Source of the DNA: Octopus vulgaris
Lineage: Eukaryota
Direction of reading: 5' to 3'
NCBI GenBank assembly: GCA_951406725.2
Contig: OX597819.1
Coordinates: 69,936,001 to 70,000,000 of the forward strand
DNA length: 64,000 nucleotides
The notes under the pieces were generated by a model that was not told the DNA's origin, made no database searches, and saw only the letters and a program-made list of their open reading frames with translations. Below, one piece after another: positions 27,051 to 41,290 of the stretch. Numbering within the stretch: the first letter of the stretch is position 1; every line of letters begins with the position of its first letter. The position numbers were made by a program, and so were the translations under genes.

Positions 27051-27122
27051 ATTAAAATTGACTAATTAAGATTATCTCCACCTCTAGAGGATGTGTCATA
27101 ATTACGAAATGGCAATTAAGAC

Positions 27123-27154
<32 letters not shown>

Positions 27155-27334
27155 AACACATTGCGGACCACTGTTTTATTGAATGCATAGAGTTCTGAGG
27201 TCCAGGTTTTCTTTATTCGGCTGTAATATTCTGTAATATTCCCATAAATAAGAACGTGTGTGTGCGTGTGTGTGTGTGTGTGTGTGTGCATATATGTATA
27301 CATTTCAAAATGTAGCCACATGTGAATCGTTGGC

Positions 27335-27506
27335 GATTTTTTTCCTCCGTCTTCCTTTTCTATTGGAATTTTCTTTGGCTCCTGTTTCTGAAGAATCTTT
27401 GCTCTAAACGTAAAACCAACTTTCTTTCCTTCCCTGAGCGTCTGCTAATACTTTACATGTACCACGTCCTAAGGTTGATGATTTTTTTGTTTTTTCGGGA
27501 TTTACT
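27335..27506 (+). mobile_element. Solo PLE pLTR tail with decayed hammerhead (27384-27416)
   Basis: GTTT-CTGAAGA-...GCTC-TAAAC-GTA-AAAC followed by CCTGAGCGTCTGCTAATAC, ending at (TA)n. A related tail lies at 17700-17810 (-). Confidence 0.6.
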
Positions 27507-27724
27507 ATATATATATATATGGGGGGGATTATCTTAGGGTTTAGCTTCATGACTTATCGTCAGATCCCAATATCCTGTTGGCTCAACGATACGCCATAAA
27601 GCTAAACATTTTATGGACGGGAAACCTAAGGTAATCCCATAAACTGGCCTTCCCCACTTTTAATATATACTGTCTACATCTGAGAGGGTGCTTCTTCTTT
27701 CAGATTAATGTTTTTTTTACAAAC

Positions 27725-27803
<79 letters not shown>

Positions 27804-27842
27804 ATAGATTATATGGTTTCGATGTAACGTTTCATTAAAGGA

Positions 27843-29150
27843 ATCGTACATTCAGTTATGTAAGACGTTCAACAACTAAAAGATTATGCCATCGGGAAAT
27901 CTTATGCAGTTCAGTAATTGACACGTTGTTAGATTCAAAGCAGGAATGCTAATAGTTCAAAATGGAAGTATGGAAGTAGACGAGAGCCTAATCGGCAAAT
28001 CACAATTGTAAGTAGTTCAGTTAAGCTGTCAGAGAATGATTGATATCCAAACCGGAAGTATCAAGCGAGAAGAATTGATGGTAGTTAAATTATAATTGAT
28101 TAGAACAAATTATTTAAAAAATATATATATATATAAGAAATGTTTAATGGCATTTATTTTCAACTGGTTTTAAATCTTTCGACTCCACCTTGAATCATGG
28201 ACAAACAGCAAGGATTCAGTACGACAGAGACCGGTACCAAACTTAAAACTGAATCCAGCAGTCCTCTGGAGTAGGCTGCAGACGCTAATCATGAAAAACC
28301 GGTGTATTAAATTATATTTGTGTAATACGGTTATGAGAATAGGATTTACGGATTTATTTTCCTAAATTTAATATGTACGAATGTCTATATTTCAAACATG
28401 CGATAAATAAATGAATACACTAGAGTTAATTAAAAGCGCTGTAGCTAATTAGTGTATAGATAAAATATATCAAGGAGTTATGTCGAGAAATTAAAGAAAA
28501 TCTCAAAAAGAAGAAACTAGCATAGAGAGATATTATTTGAAGCTTGAGAAAAATTTTATTAATTTTATTACTTTTATACAATTATTAAATTATGTCCGTC
28601 TACTTTATATTGATACGCTAAGTCGGCTTAAATTCAAGTTAAACCGATGACAAGTTGTGAGGTTTTATACCATAAATATATACGGAGAGCATTTTTGAGA
28701 AAACGTTATGGAATGAATGGGCAATTGGACTGAACTATTAGAAAATTTTAAAACTCCAGTAACATATTGAGCTAAGGATTAAATGTCTGCAGTCTCTCCG
28801 AAGAATTTACTTACGCTTTCAACCCATTCTATAACGTTTTCTCGGTCTCTTAGTAATATAACTGCTCTTTGCTTTAATCAATTATAATTTATGTCCACCA
28901 CTCGTCTATCTTGACACGCCCAGTTTAGATATCAATCATTCTCTGACAACCTAATTGAACTACTTATAATTTTGATTGGCCGAGTACACTGCCGCCCATT
29001 TCCATATTGAACTTTTGATATCCTTATTTTGAATGTACATTAAATAGTTAAATTTGCAATTCTAACAGCATATCACATATTAAGCTGCATGTGGTTGCCC
29101 AATGATTTGGGAGATTATTGCACACGTCTTGAATAACTGAATGTACGATA
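27843..29150. mobile_element. Foldback/MITE-like element with diverged ~270-bp inverted arms
   Basis: 27843-28107 (ATCGTACATTCAGTTAT...TGTCAGAGAATGATTGATATC...AAATTATAATTGATTA) is the reverse complement of 28871-29150. Confidence 0.7.
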
Positions 29151-29679
29151 TTACCTCATAATAAAATCTTTTTGCTTTTATTGTATTACGCTACGCTTAA
29201 AGTTCCTCTCTAAATCTCGATAGTCTTCAATTTGTGGATTACCATACTCCCTTTCATTGATGAACCCTTCATTTCAGCAAACTCCCTTTCATTGATAAAC
29301 CGTTCGTGAATGGGGTTGGATTCTTTAATCTGTTGACTTGTGTTATACTTCAAGCATGATGCGCTTCACTTTGATAAACATTAATCTTTAGAATCTAAAG
29401 TCTAGATAGACCTCCGGCTGTGTGGTAAGGAGCTTGCTTCCCAACTACATGGTTCTGCTTTTAATATCTCTCTGCGGCCATCTTGTTTACTGTTTTCATT
29501 TTTCTTCTCATTCTTTCTTTTCCTTCTGTCCTTCATCTCCCCCTTCTCGCTTTCTGCCTATCGTTCCCTTTTCCTCTTTCCTTCTCTTTCTACTTTATTC
29601 TCTCTTCGTTTCATTTTCTCTCCTCCCTGTTCACTATTTCGTTTTAACACTTCTTATAATACTTTTCTTTGCCATCATA

Positions 29680-30245
29680 TATCCTGGTGATAGCTATACG
29701 AGCATAAGCTCCAATAAGTTACAAAGTACTTAAAAATTTACCTGAACTAGCGTTACAGTTCATTCCGTCATCGACACCTGGATAACAGCGCAGTATTTTC
29801 AAAGCATTTTTGGAAGTCAACAGACAACCTGAAGTAACATCAGAAGTACATAGACTGTATTAGATTACCAACCCACCTAATATTATTAAACAATTTCTAT
29901 AAATCAACGAGCAGCAACTTTTCACATCCCTAAGGAGAAATTCGACCTGGCACTTTGCATTGCCACGTCAACTACTCGACCAGTATGAACAACAAAAACC
30001 CTTGTGCCAGTGAGAGAGACACGTAATCCGATTCAATCCACCATTGAATAAGAACACAGCGAAGCAGTTTCCTTAAACAATAAATATTCCACATTAGAAA
30101 CTTCATAAATAAAATGATAGGAACAATGAAAAACAGTCGGTTAATAAACAATAGAAGAATACTTCGTTGCACGACTGAAGAATCCGTGAGCACAGTAGAA
30201 ACTAAGAAAAGATTACTGTAATTTCTGAAACACTAAGCCGTGTTC
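29680..30245 (+). mobile_element. Decayed PLE 3' end: GIY-YIG remnant plus hammerhead relic
   Basis: SYTSISSNKL (YIG-like) then RYSSFRHRHLDNSAVFSKHFWK, compare RYxNHxxSFR..NSTxLSKxxW. Downstream: CACGA-CTGAAGA...GAAAC...CCGTG. Confidence 0.5.
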
Positions 30246-30368
30246 CTTACATGACCAGTGTATGAGTAACCTTATATCGCTAGATAGAAATTCTCTATAT
30301 CTAATTATTTGCAAAGCGCTTTGTTTTCTATTCTACCAAACTATTTGATAATGGTAACATTATAGTTC

Positions 30369-31624
30369 TATTAGATTGTCAAAAAAGTTCTTGCGGAATT
30401 TTTTATTTTTATTTTAAATTATGTATTTTCAAATTAATTTTCGTTAAATTACTTTGACTTTATATATCATTTTAAAGCCGGCTTTTCGCTCTATCTAATT
30501 CTGTTACTTTTTTTTCTTTTTGAATAATTTGGCCATTTTTTCTGGAACGTTGAATACCATATGGACAAAAAACAAATTCGCACAAGTTTCTTATTCCAGT
30601 TCAAGCTAGGCCGAAAAGCTGCTGAAACACTTCGCGATATCAACGATGCGTTTGGCCCGGAACCACTAATGAACTTATAGCACAATGGTGGTTCAAGAAA
30701 TTTCGTAGCGGTGACGAGAGTCTTGAAGATGATAAGCGTAGTGGTCGGCCATCGGATGTTGACAACGATCAACTATGAGCCTCAGTGGAAGCCAATCCAC
30801 GCACAACTGTTCGAGAGTTTGCTTCTGAATTAGACGAAACGTATATGACAATTTCCAACCACGTGAAAGAGATTGGAAAAACAAAAATACTTGAGAAATG
30901 GGTGCCGCACGAATTGAACGACAACCAAAAGAAACGTTGTTTTAAAGTGTCGTCTTCCCTTTTACACAACAAGAAGGACCCGTTTCTCGACCGGATTGTG
31001 ACTTGCGATGAAAAGTGGATTCTTTACGACAACCGGCGACGATTAGCTTAGTGTTTGGACGTGGACGAAGCTCTACAGCACTTCCCGAAGCCAAAGTTGC
31101 ACCAAAAGAAGGTCATGGTGACTGGTGGTCTGTGGCCGGTCTCATCCATCACAGCTTTTTGGATCCAGGCGAAATCATTACGGCGGAGAAATGCGCAAGA
31201 AACTCCGACAACAGCCAGCATTGGTCAATAGAGAAGGACCAATTCTTCTCCACGACAACGCTCGGCCGCACGTCGCACAACTGACCCTGCAGTAGTTGAA
31301 CAAATTGGGCTACGAAACTCTGCCTCATCCGCCATACTCACCAGACATCTCGCCTACTGACTACCACTTTTCCAAGCATCTCGACAACTTCCTGCGTGAA
31401 AAATGCTTCAGAAACCAAGACGAAGCCAAACACGCCTTCAATGACTTCATTGATACCAGAACGCAGGATTTTTACGCTACTGGCATAAATAAACTTGTTT
31501 CGCTTTGGCAAAAGTGTGTTGATTCTGATGGTGTTTATTTCGGAAAAAAAATTTTTTTGAGACGAGATATGTGCATCTGAATTTAATGGTTAAAAACCGC
31601 AAGAACTTTCTTGACAACCTAATA
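30369..31624 (+). mobile_element. Mariner transposon (cecropia/Hsmar1-like), full length but pseudogenised
   Basis: TA TSDs. TIRs TTAGATTGTCAAAAAAGTTCTTGCGG and CCGCAAGAACTTTCTTGACAACCTAA. ATG 30561: MDKKQIR..FKLGRKAAET..WVPHEL..VTCDEKWILYDN..HDNARPH..HPPYSPDISPTDYH, with several stops and frameshifts. Confidence 0.92.
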
Positions 31625-32814
31625 ACATGATAAACTCATAACACTTCTAATTTTAAGATTAATTGCACCAAGTGTATAAAGACACAGTTAATGTATTAGA
31701 CACAGTTAATTTAGAGATGGTCCGTTAATCTATACTTTTAATATAATTGTGTCTACCTCCCTATTGACATCTCTTTACTGCGTTTTTCGTCTCTCTTTAA
31801 CAGTAAAAAAAATCTACTCACCACAAAATTATAATACTAAGCTCTGTCTCTCACTACTTAGTATATAAAAACAATTCATCCTACATAAGGGATAATTATA
31901 CCGGAAGACATATGAGACGCACTTATTCTCAAAAAATTCTCACCATGTCATCTTGGGTCCTATATGCAAATTTGTTTTAGATATTACGTGATTCAATGCA
32001 CTAAGAACACTATTATCCGAATACGGGCTTCTTAAACTGTGGTGCGTCTAATACATCCATGCATCCTTGTGCCATGAAATACGGCTATATGAAAGCCTAA
32101 CGTTATTGACTTCTATCGCAAATGTTTAAAGATTCAGTAATCGATTCATGGTACTGGACTGATAGATTCTTCATGGATCCAGGAATGACAAAAAAGGATA
32201 AGAGTTCACCTCGGTTGGATTAGAACTAAGACCGTCAAAGGACGAAATTAATAATGTTGTGTGAGATTTTGTCAAGTGGTTTACTGATTTTACCATTTAC
32301 CATCATTTTTGTCACCCACCACCCTTCCATTCATCAAAAAAATCTCTCGGAATTTATATCGAGAGAATTTGTACCAAATTCAGCACAAAAATGTTATTTA
32401 AAATGACATTTCTTTTTAGAGATTCTTGATCCAAATCAGGCCCTTGTCGAAACATTTGTAGGCTTAGAAGGCAACAACGACAACAAAAACAACAGTCGCA
32501 TCATGAATGCAAAAGATTTCTACAGCAGAGATATCCATTTTTAAAGACGTTGCTAAAACGACAAGAGAAAGAGAAAAAAAAAAGGCACAATGACTACATT
32601 GGAACAAATATTGCCAAAGTTTATAAATTATGCAGAAACAGAGGAATACATGGAAACTACATCCAAGCACATTTTTATATAATTGTATGTACACATACAT
32701 GTACATATAAATAAATATATATAGATACATACATACATACATATATATATATATACATGTATCTAAATATATGTCTATACATGTATACACATATATATAC
32801 ATACATATATATAC

Positions 32815-32978
<164 letters not shown>

Positions 32979-33693
32979 CTTATTAACCAAGGACAATAAA
33001 GTATAGAATGCATCAGTAGTGTGTGATAGCATTATTATACTTTATAACTTTATATGTATACATACATATAAATATATATATAGATACATATATATATATA
33101 TATACATATATATATACACACATATATATACATATATAGAGAGATAGTATATATATACACATACATACATACATGTTTATGTGTGTGTTCCTGTATGTGC
33201 GTGTGCGTGTGTGTGTGTGTTCGTATGTGTGTGTATGTGTATGAAAGCAGATAAGCACAAGTAAAATTAATGAGTATATTTTGCATGGAATAAAAAAATA
33301 CGGAAGATTACATAAACTTTAAAAAAGGTATGTTTTATTATTATTACCTTGACAGCTGTTTCATGTAAACCACTTCTTATATCCTAACCACGTTCATTTT
33401 ATAATAAAGACACCGAATCCATAATTTATAGCCCAGTAAAGACAGCTGCAGAAACGCTCGCGTCCCACAGTCCATGACATCATTCATCTTCCGATGGTAT
33501 GTTTTCATATATATTGGATATAAAGAGAATTTTTCTCTCCTGACAATTTCTGCAGTGATTGTCTTCTGCGACCGAGTGCACAGGAATGTGTTAAATGCAA
33601 TTGTCACACTTACACACACACATACACATACACATACACACACACATACACTTACACACATATACACACAAATGAATATACATATATATATTA

Positions 33694-33773
<80 letters not shown>

Positions 33774-33779
33774 TCTATA

Positions 33780-34349
33780 TATTGGGTTGTCCGGAAAGTT
33801 TGTGCCGATTTTTAAAGGAAAGAAAAAGGTAAAAAAATACTAGGTATTACACTTTTAATCAACCAAATATGAACCATTTTGTTGCCCAATGCGTCTCTAT
33901 CTTTCCTTTAACTTGAAAATACCCTCTTCTCAGAACTAAGGTGGTTTCATGTCAAAGAATTCATCAAGGTATATTTTTACTTCATCCAAGGAATTGAAAT
34001 TTTTAACATTAAGACTATTCTGCAGAGACCTAAATAAGTGGAAATCCGAAGGAGCAACAACTGGTGAATATGGAGGATGGGGTAACACATCCCAGCCGAG
34101 CTGCAGCAACTTTTGTTTGGTTCCTAAAGCAAAAAGTGCCGAAAATGAACTTTCTTATCTTCCATTTTAAAGGGTTACAGTATTAACACAGGTTATAGGA
34201 ACATAAATCTTCTTCCCCGAAAAGATAGCTTAAACTTTGCTCTAAATGGAGGTGTAGTCAAATCCTGTTTTATGAACTAAACCATATTCTAAAATAAGTC
34301 GAAAGGTAAGCTACTATAAATCGACACGAACTTTCCAGACAACCCAAGA
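33780..34349 (-). mobile_element. Internally deleted mariner (~570 bp)
   Basis: TIRs TTGGGTTGTCCGGAAAGTTTGTGCCGATTT and AAATCGACACGAACTTTCCAGACAACCCAA. The minus strand keeps GWDVLPHPPYSPVVAPSDFHLFRSLQN. Confidence 0.88.
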
Positions 34350-34421
34350 TATATATATATACAATACACATATGTGTGTGTGTGTACATATGTACATATA
34401 TATGTGTCTCTCTGTGTATAC

Positions 34422-34482
<61 letters not shown>

Positions 34483-34738
34483 TGCGTGTGTGTGTGTATA
34501 AGAATAGACATGGGTTGAGGTTCACTACAGTTGTTTTAGACGGGTCTTTTATTAATAGAAAAATCAATTACATCATGGAAAAGTTGTTTCACTCAGATGA
34601 ATAACAATTTAGATACAAAATGTAGAATTTAAGATTTGGTTCGTAACGAATATATTTCTTGACTCCCTCATCTCAGTGACAATCCTAGAGCGATTTTACA
34701 AATCAAAGCTAAACACTCTCTCATCATCATAAAGTTTT

Positions 34739-34829
34739 ATTCACCTGAAGAAAAAGATTATATCTTTTTCATGAGGTAATGAATCTGTTCATCAATAAGA
34801 AAAACGCCTCTGAAACAGTTGCAACGAAT
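34739..34829 (+). ncRNA. Decayed long-stem-II hammerhead-like motif
   Basis: ATTCAC-CTGAAGA...GAAAC-AGTT-GCA-ACGAAT. The cleavage triplet and stems are mutated. Confidence 0.3.
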
Positions 34830-35101
34830 CTCAACCTATTTGTGTTCTTTCTTATTTTATGCTGTACCTGGAACCTTTCCTGCGTTGGATCTGGAACTTA
34901 AACTGTACCGAGAAACTGCATGCTAGAGTACGTCTGTATGTGATTCTAGATATACATGTATAGATATATTGATGAGTATATTGATCTCTTTATGTGCATG
35001 TGTATGTAAGTGGTAAGACAAGTTTGTATATACGTTAATATATGCGCCTAACTTGATGTCTTTATTATCAACATACCTCGATTCAATTGGATCCTGCAAA
35101 T

Positions 35102-35166
<65 letters not shown>

Positions 35167-35171
<5 letters not shown>

Positions 35172-35389
35172 TTTATTTAAAAGTAGCAGAAATATAACAA
35201 AAGCTGTTACTCAAAGTTTCACGTTCCCGTTTGTTAACAAAACTGTCCGACTAACGGGAACGTGAAGCTATGAGTAACGGCTTTTGTTATATTTCTGCTG
35301 CTTTTAAATAAAGTATATTACTCTACCTCTGTATTTGAGTACTCTTTTTTCTCCACCTTGTTTCACATTGATGTGCTTACTCCGTTATA

Positions 35390-35390
<1 letters not shown>
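35167..35390 (+). mobile_element. Palindromic PLE-type terminus with hammerhead relic (35243-35280)
   Basis: Arms 35167-35232 and 35253-35317 pair. CTGT-CCGACTA-ACGGGAACGT-GAAGC-TATGA-GTA-ACGG lies at the inversion point. (TA)n on both sides. Confidence 0.6.
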
Positions 35391-35438
<48 letters not shown>

Positions 35439-35546
35439 AAATTTATAGAAAAACAAATGACCAAGACAGTTGTATGAACAGCAAGCAAATGTATTAGTTT
35501 GAAGCTGGGGATAAATGAAAAAAAATCTCTTACGTTTCGAGCCTGT

Positions 35547-35650
<104 letters not shown>

Positions 35651-36052
35651 GGACTGACAGACAGGTGAAATAGCATAAGGAAACGGACAGATGGTCAATG
35701 CGTGAGGTGAGAACATGTAGACAAAATTTTGAAGTGTCGAAATAAAAAAGGGAAGGGAAAATAACTGAGGTGTCTGGGGAACCTTTTTGCAAAGAAGAGC
35801 AAAAACCAAGGTAAAAGATACAAGCCAAGAAACGATACCCATTTGAAGCACGTGTATTTCCCTCTTGAGCATGTTGTCTTGTGTGTGCATGTGTGTGTAG
35901 GATGGTCACTCCTGTCAATGACGAATGACTGTTCGAAGGAAAGGAGTAAAATAATAACTTAAAATAAGGATAGAGTTCAATATTTAAGAGATGTGGAATT
36001 ATGTACATTATTTACATCTGACGGATATTTGTCCTCATCTTGTTTGTTGTTA

Positions 36053-36096
36053 ACACGACGTTTCGGCTGATATACCCTCCAGCCTTCATCAGGTGC
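36053..36096 (-). ncRNA. Type I hammerhead ribozyme motif, intact core
   Basis: Minus strand: GCAC-CUGAUGA-A-GGCUG(GAGGGUAUAU)CAGCC-GAAAC-GUC-GUGU. Stem III is a loop-less palindrome (ACGU). Confidence 0.75.
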
Positions 36097-36185
36097 AGAT
36101 ATGAATAGCATATGGGAACCGGTATTAAGGAAGGATAGGAAAATATTAGATGTATAAGCCCTAAAATTCACTCCATAATTGCCCA

Positions 36186-36262
36186 CGTAGTGGTTAAGAG
36201 CGCGGTTCGATTCCAGGCAGTGACCTGAATAATAATAATAAGAAGAAGAATAAGAATAATAA

Positions 36263-36312
<50 letters not shown>

Positions 36313-36465
36313 TTAACAATAACATCGAAAAATACCTTAGAAATGAGAGCCCAGGTTGGAAATTTCCCCAAGACACTTGATGAAGGCTGGAGGAATTATC
36401 AGACGAAACGTCGTGTTAACAACAAACAAGATAAGGACAAATATCCGTCAAATGTAAATAACGTT
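36186..36465 (+). mobile_element. tRNA-headed SINE-like element ending in a hammerhead (36373-36416)
   Basis: A-box-like TAGTGGTTAAGAGC, B box GGTTCGATTCC (36204-36214), (TAA)n spacer, then ACAC-TTGATGA-AGGCTG...CAGAC-GAAAC-GTC-GTGT and a 3' tail. An inverted partial copy lies at 35985-36096. Confidence 0.6.
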
Positions 36466-37375
36466 AAAATAAATTCTCTTTGCGATGGATCTGTGAATGT
36501 AATTTGAAAACACGTATAAAAGTACAATGGGGACACGTGTGTGAGTGTGTATATATATATACAATAAGAATACTAGAAACTTGAATATTGCTGCTAAATA
36601 GTGCAGAAAATATAAAACACCGAGAGACAGTGATGTTGTTTATTAGTCGTACACTCTTAGTAGAATGCTCCTGCAAATAACCTTAACAAGAATTCCGGCT
36701 TGCCTTGAAGAATTCATTCTTCAAACCAGAACAACGGAGATTGTGAATGTCAAACTGAAGAGGCCTAGGCAAAAGTTCTGAATACAATATGATTTTAAAG
36801 AAGAATGAGGAAAAAAGGGAAAAAATATCAGTTGATATTTATATGAAAACTAAAGAAACAATATTTTATCTATATAATATTTTACAAAGATATTATTCTT
36901 CATATATGAGAGGAGAAAAATATGAATTGAAGCAAAGCTATTCCATATTCTTGTGTATTGAAACAAATCGTGAAAAACTCTGATATATTAATAAAATGAA
37001 TAATGCATATTTAATACGCTCTAGTAAAGAAAAAAATATAGTTGACAATGAGTGATGTTCAATCAAAACGTCGTGAAAAGATCATCTTGATTATTCGATT
37101 TATCATCTTAGAACGACAATAAAGATTTGCGTCTTTGAAAAGACCCACAGAAAATGATTCAAAGCCAATCTGTCATATATTCAAAATGGCCTGAATGTAT
37201 CCATATACATATGTATATAATTATTGTACATATCCATATGCATATGTATGCAATTACTGTACGTTTCCTGTCTATAGTATGCGTGCATGCATATATGAAT
37301 ACCACTACGATAAAATGTACACATACCCATATACATAGAACCTGCAACCATATATATATATATATATATACATAC

Positions 37376-37426
<51 letters not shown>

Positions 37427-37487
37427 TGTGTGTGTTTGTGTATGTATGTATATTATATATATATAGGTGCGTGTGTATGTATATTTC

Positions 37488-37525
<38 letters not shown>

Positions 37526-37658
37526 GAGTGTATATTATATATGTGTGTGTATATATATATATTTGTGCATGTATGTTAATAAAGGTGTATATATATATCT
37601 GTGTATATGTGTATATATATACATATATATATACATGTGTGTGTGTATGTATTCGTAT

Positions 37659-37707
<49 letters not shown>

Positions 37708-37963
37708 TCATATATATTATATTACATATATACAAACCTTTATATGTATATACAAGTGTGTGGAGTGTATATAATGGAGTGTATACTCGCTCTAGATAGC
37801 TACATACATGTGTATGGTCTTGAGTGTGTGCATCCAAGCATGCAAGCGCATGCAAATGTCACTGGAATGAGTTACAACAAAAACTGGAGACATTCAAACA
37901 GAATCGTATTGAAAGAAATATATCTAAAGCTATATACGTAAAACACATACTCACACACACACA

Positions 37964-38003
<40 letters not shown>

Positions 38004-38077
38004 TACACACATACAAAAACGTACACAGATACACACGAATTCAGGGACACTTAACGTTGCAGATATGTGTGCGTTTC

Positions 38078-38137
<60 letters not shown>

Positions 38138-38191
38138 TGAGTGTATACATACATGTGTGTATGTATATATATACACACACATATATATAAG

Positions 38192-38223
<32 letters not shown>

Positions 38224-38326
38224 CATATATACATATATTTATATATGCGCATATACATATATATGAACATAAACATATACACATATATATATACATACAC
38301 ACATGTATACACACACATACCCATAT

Positions 38327-38650
38327 ATCATCATGTCACAAGTCAAAATCAACATTTGCATCAACAACACTATCATCACAATCATCATCACCATCATCTA
38401 CATTATCCTCATCATCATCATCATCATCAACATCATTATCATCATCGTCTGCAACGTTGTTGTAATTATTTTCATAGTCCATCATCATCACCATGATCCT
38501 CACCACCATCATCATCATCATCATCATCATCATCGTCATCATGATTATCATTATCACTATCATCATCATCATCATCATTATCATTGTCCTCCTCTTCATT
38601 AACATCATCATTATCAGCAGCAACAGCAACTACAACAACAGCTGCAGCAG
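38327..38650. repeat. Compound (CAT)n/(CAA)n/(CAG)n trinucleotide repeat
   Basis: Direct reading. Confidence 0.9.
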
Positions 38651-39212
38651 CTTCACATTCACTCTTATATCTACCATATACAACGACCCCACCCCCCAAA
38701 CACACATACACACTGCCCCCACCTCCACCCCTTTCTATATTCCGATATTTTCCCTGTTGCCTTTAATCGCATCATTTCTCTTCTCCACTTCACTGACAAA
38801 CACTGACAACGCTCTTTCCCTCCTGCCATTGCTTTACCGCTGTCTATCTTTCCCCCTTTTCTTCCTCCTCCTTTGGACTTTACTCACTCATTCATCATCC
38901 ACACCTTCTCTCTCCCCCTCTTCCTTTCTCTCTCTCTCTCTCTTTCATTTGTTATTCATTTCTGTGCTTATCTGTCGACTGCATTTCAAATCTCTTTCAT
39001 AACTTCTCCATCAAGATAACTTCAGGCACTCCCACACATCTATGCAGATTCAACACACAACATGCATACATACATACGTACATACATACATACATACATA
39101 CATACATACATACATACATACATACATACATACATACATACATACAAATATATTGTATATACATATATATTATATATAACTCTTTAACTAGATTCAGCTC
39201 CAAAGCTGCAGC

Positions 39213-39287
<75 letters not shown>

Positions 39288-39302
39288 ATGTGTGTGTGTT
39301 TG

Positions 39303-39335
<33 letters not shown>

Positions 39336-39577
39336 GCACATATATATATATATGTACATACTTGTACAAGCGCACAAAGATATCTTTATTTATATATGAA
39401 TATAGGTACACTCACAATCATAATATATCCCAATGTGTCTGAGTGTGTGCGTTTGTGTGCGTGTGTCTGTGTATGTGAGTATGAATACACACATACGTAT
39501 ATATTGTATATATATATCATATATAACTCTTTAACTAGATTCAGCTCCAGAGTTGCAGCCATACATATATACATACA

Positions 39578-39755
<178 letters not shown>

Positions 39756-40050
39756 TATATACATATGTGTATGTATGTATATTCCAAATCATACACATAT
39801 ATATACACCGGGTACTTGTCCGAATGAGAAACAGAAGACGGTGTATAAATAAAAGAAAGGAAAGATTAGAAGCGACCATGGCGGTATGATAATGAGAATT
39901 TTATGGAACCTCATTGAATATCTATGTAGAGTTCTGTAATGTGCTTAGAGTCGAGAAATTTATGTCTATAACCCTTACATCTACAAGTATGTGTTCATAT
40001 GTGTATCTAATATGTATGCAGGTGTGTGCATGTATATAAAGAAATGTATA

Positions 40051-40145
<95 letters not shown>

Positions 40146-40174
40146 GCATATATGAACATATATGTATATATACA

Positions 40175-40212
<38 letters not shown>

Positions 40213-40317
40213 TATATGGTGGTGCTATTAAGTTAGACATGTCCTGGGCCAATACTAGCCAAAACCTTTCTAAGTTATTCTAAGTTAAGTTATATATATA
40301 GGAATGTATATATGTAT

Positions 40318-40362
<45 letters not shown>

Positions 40363-40479
40363 AAATATCCAAATATTTATTTTCAATATACATTCGTCTA
40401 AACATACACATTCACACGTATATATACATATATATATGTATATATATATATTCACATATATATATATATTTATATATAT

Positions 40480-40564
<85 letters not shown>

Positions 40565-40793
40565 GAAATGACGCTAGTGTATGACGGCGTGCTTCTGGTT
40601 GTAAGCGTATGCAGTTTTAATCTCAGTCTTTCGCTGTCTGTATTTTCGTTTGTTGTCTCCCTTTTCCCTCCTTGTCTAATCTCAACAGTGTTACGTTTTA
40701 TCTCGATTTACATTTGATCCTTCAGCTTTCTTTTCCTTTCCCACAACTCCTTTTCTATGAGTTGATGGCCACGTACGTGGAGAAATGTGTTTA

Positions 40794-40868
<75 letters not shown>

Positions 40869-41184
40869 CCTCTCTCTCCCACACACACACGCTCACACAC
40901 GCACATTTATACATATATAGAGACAAAAGCACAAACACATACATAGCTATATATATAGATATGTATGTCTAACTCTATTATATTTCGTTGCTGTTATACT
41001 CTGTATTCCAGTCTATTTGCCTCTTTTCTGTGCGTTGTAGCTGTGTCTACATATGTGGAGCCTTTGAATGTATTTTTGTGCACGTGCGTGTGTATGCGTG
41101 TGTGCATAAAAAGAGAGATGGAGAGCGAGAGAAATAGATACATACATACATACATACATACATACATACATACATACATGCATG

Positions 41185-41290
<106 letters not shown>

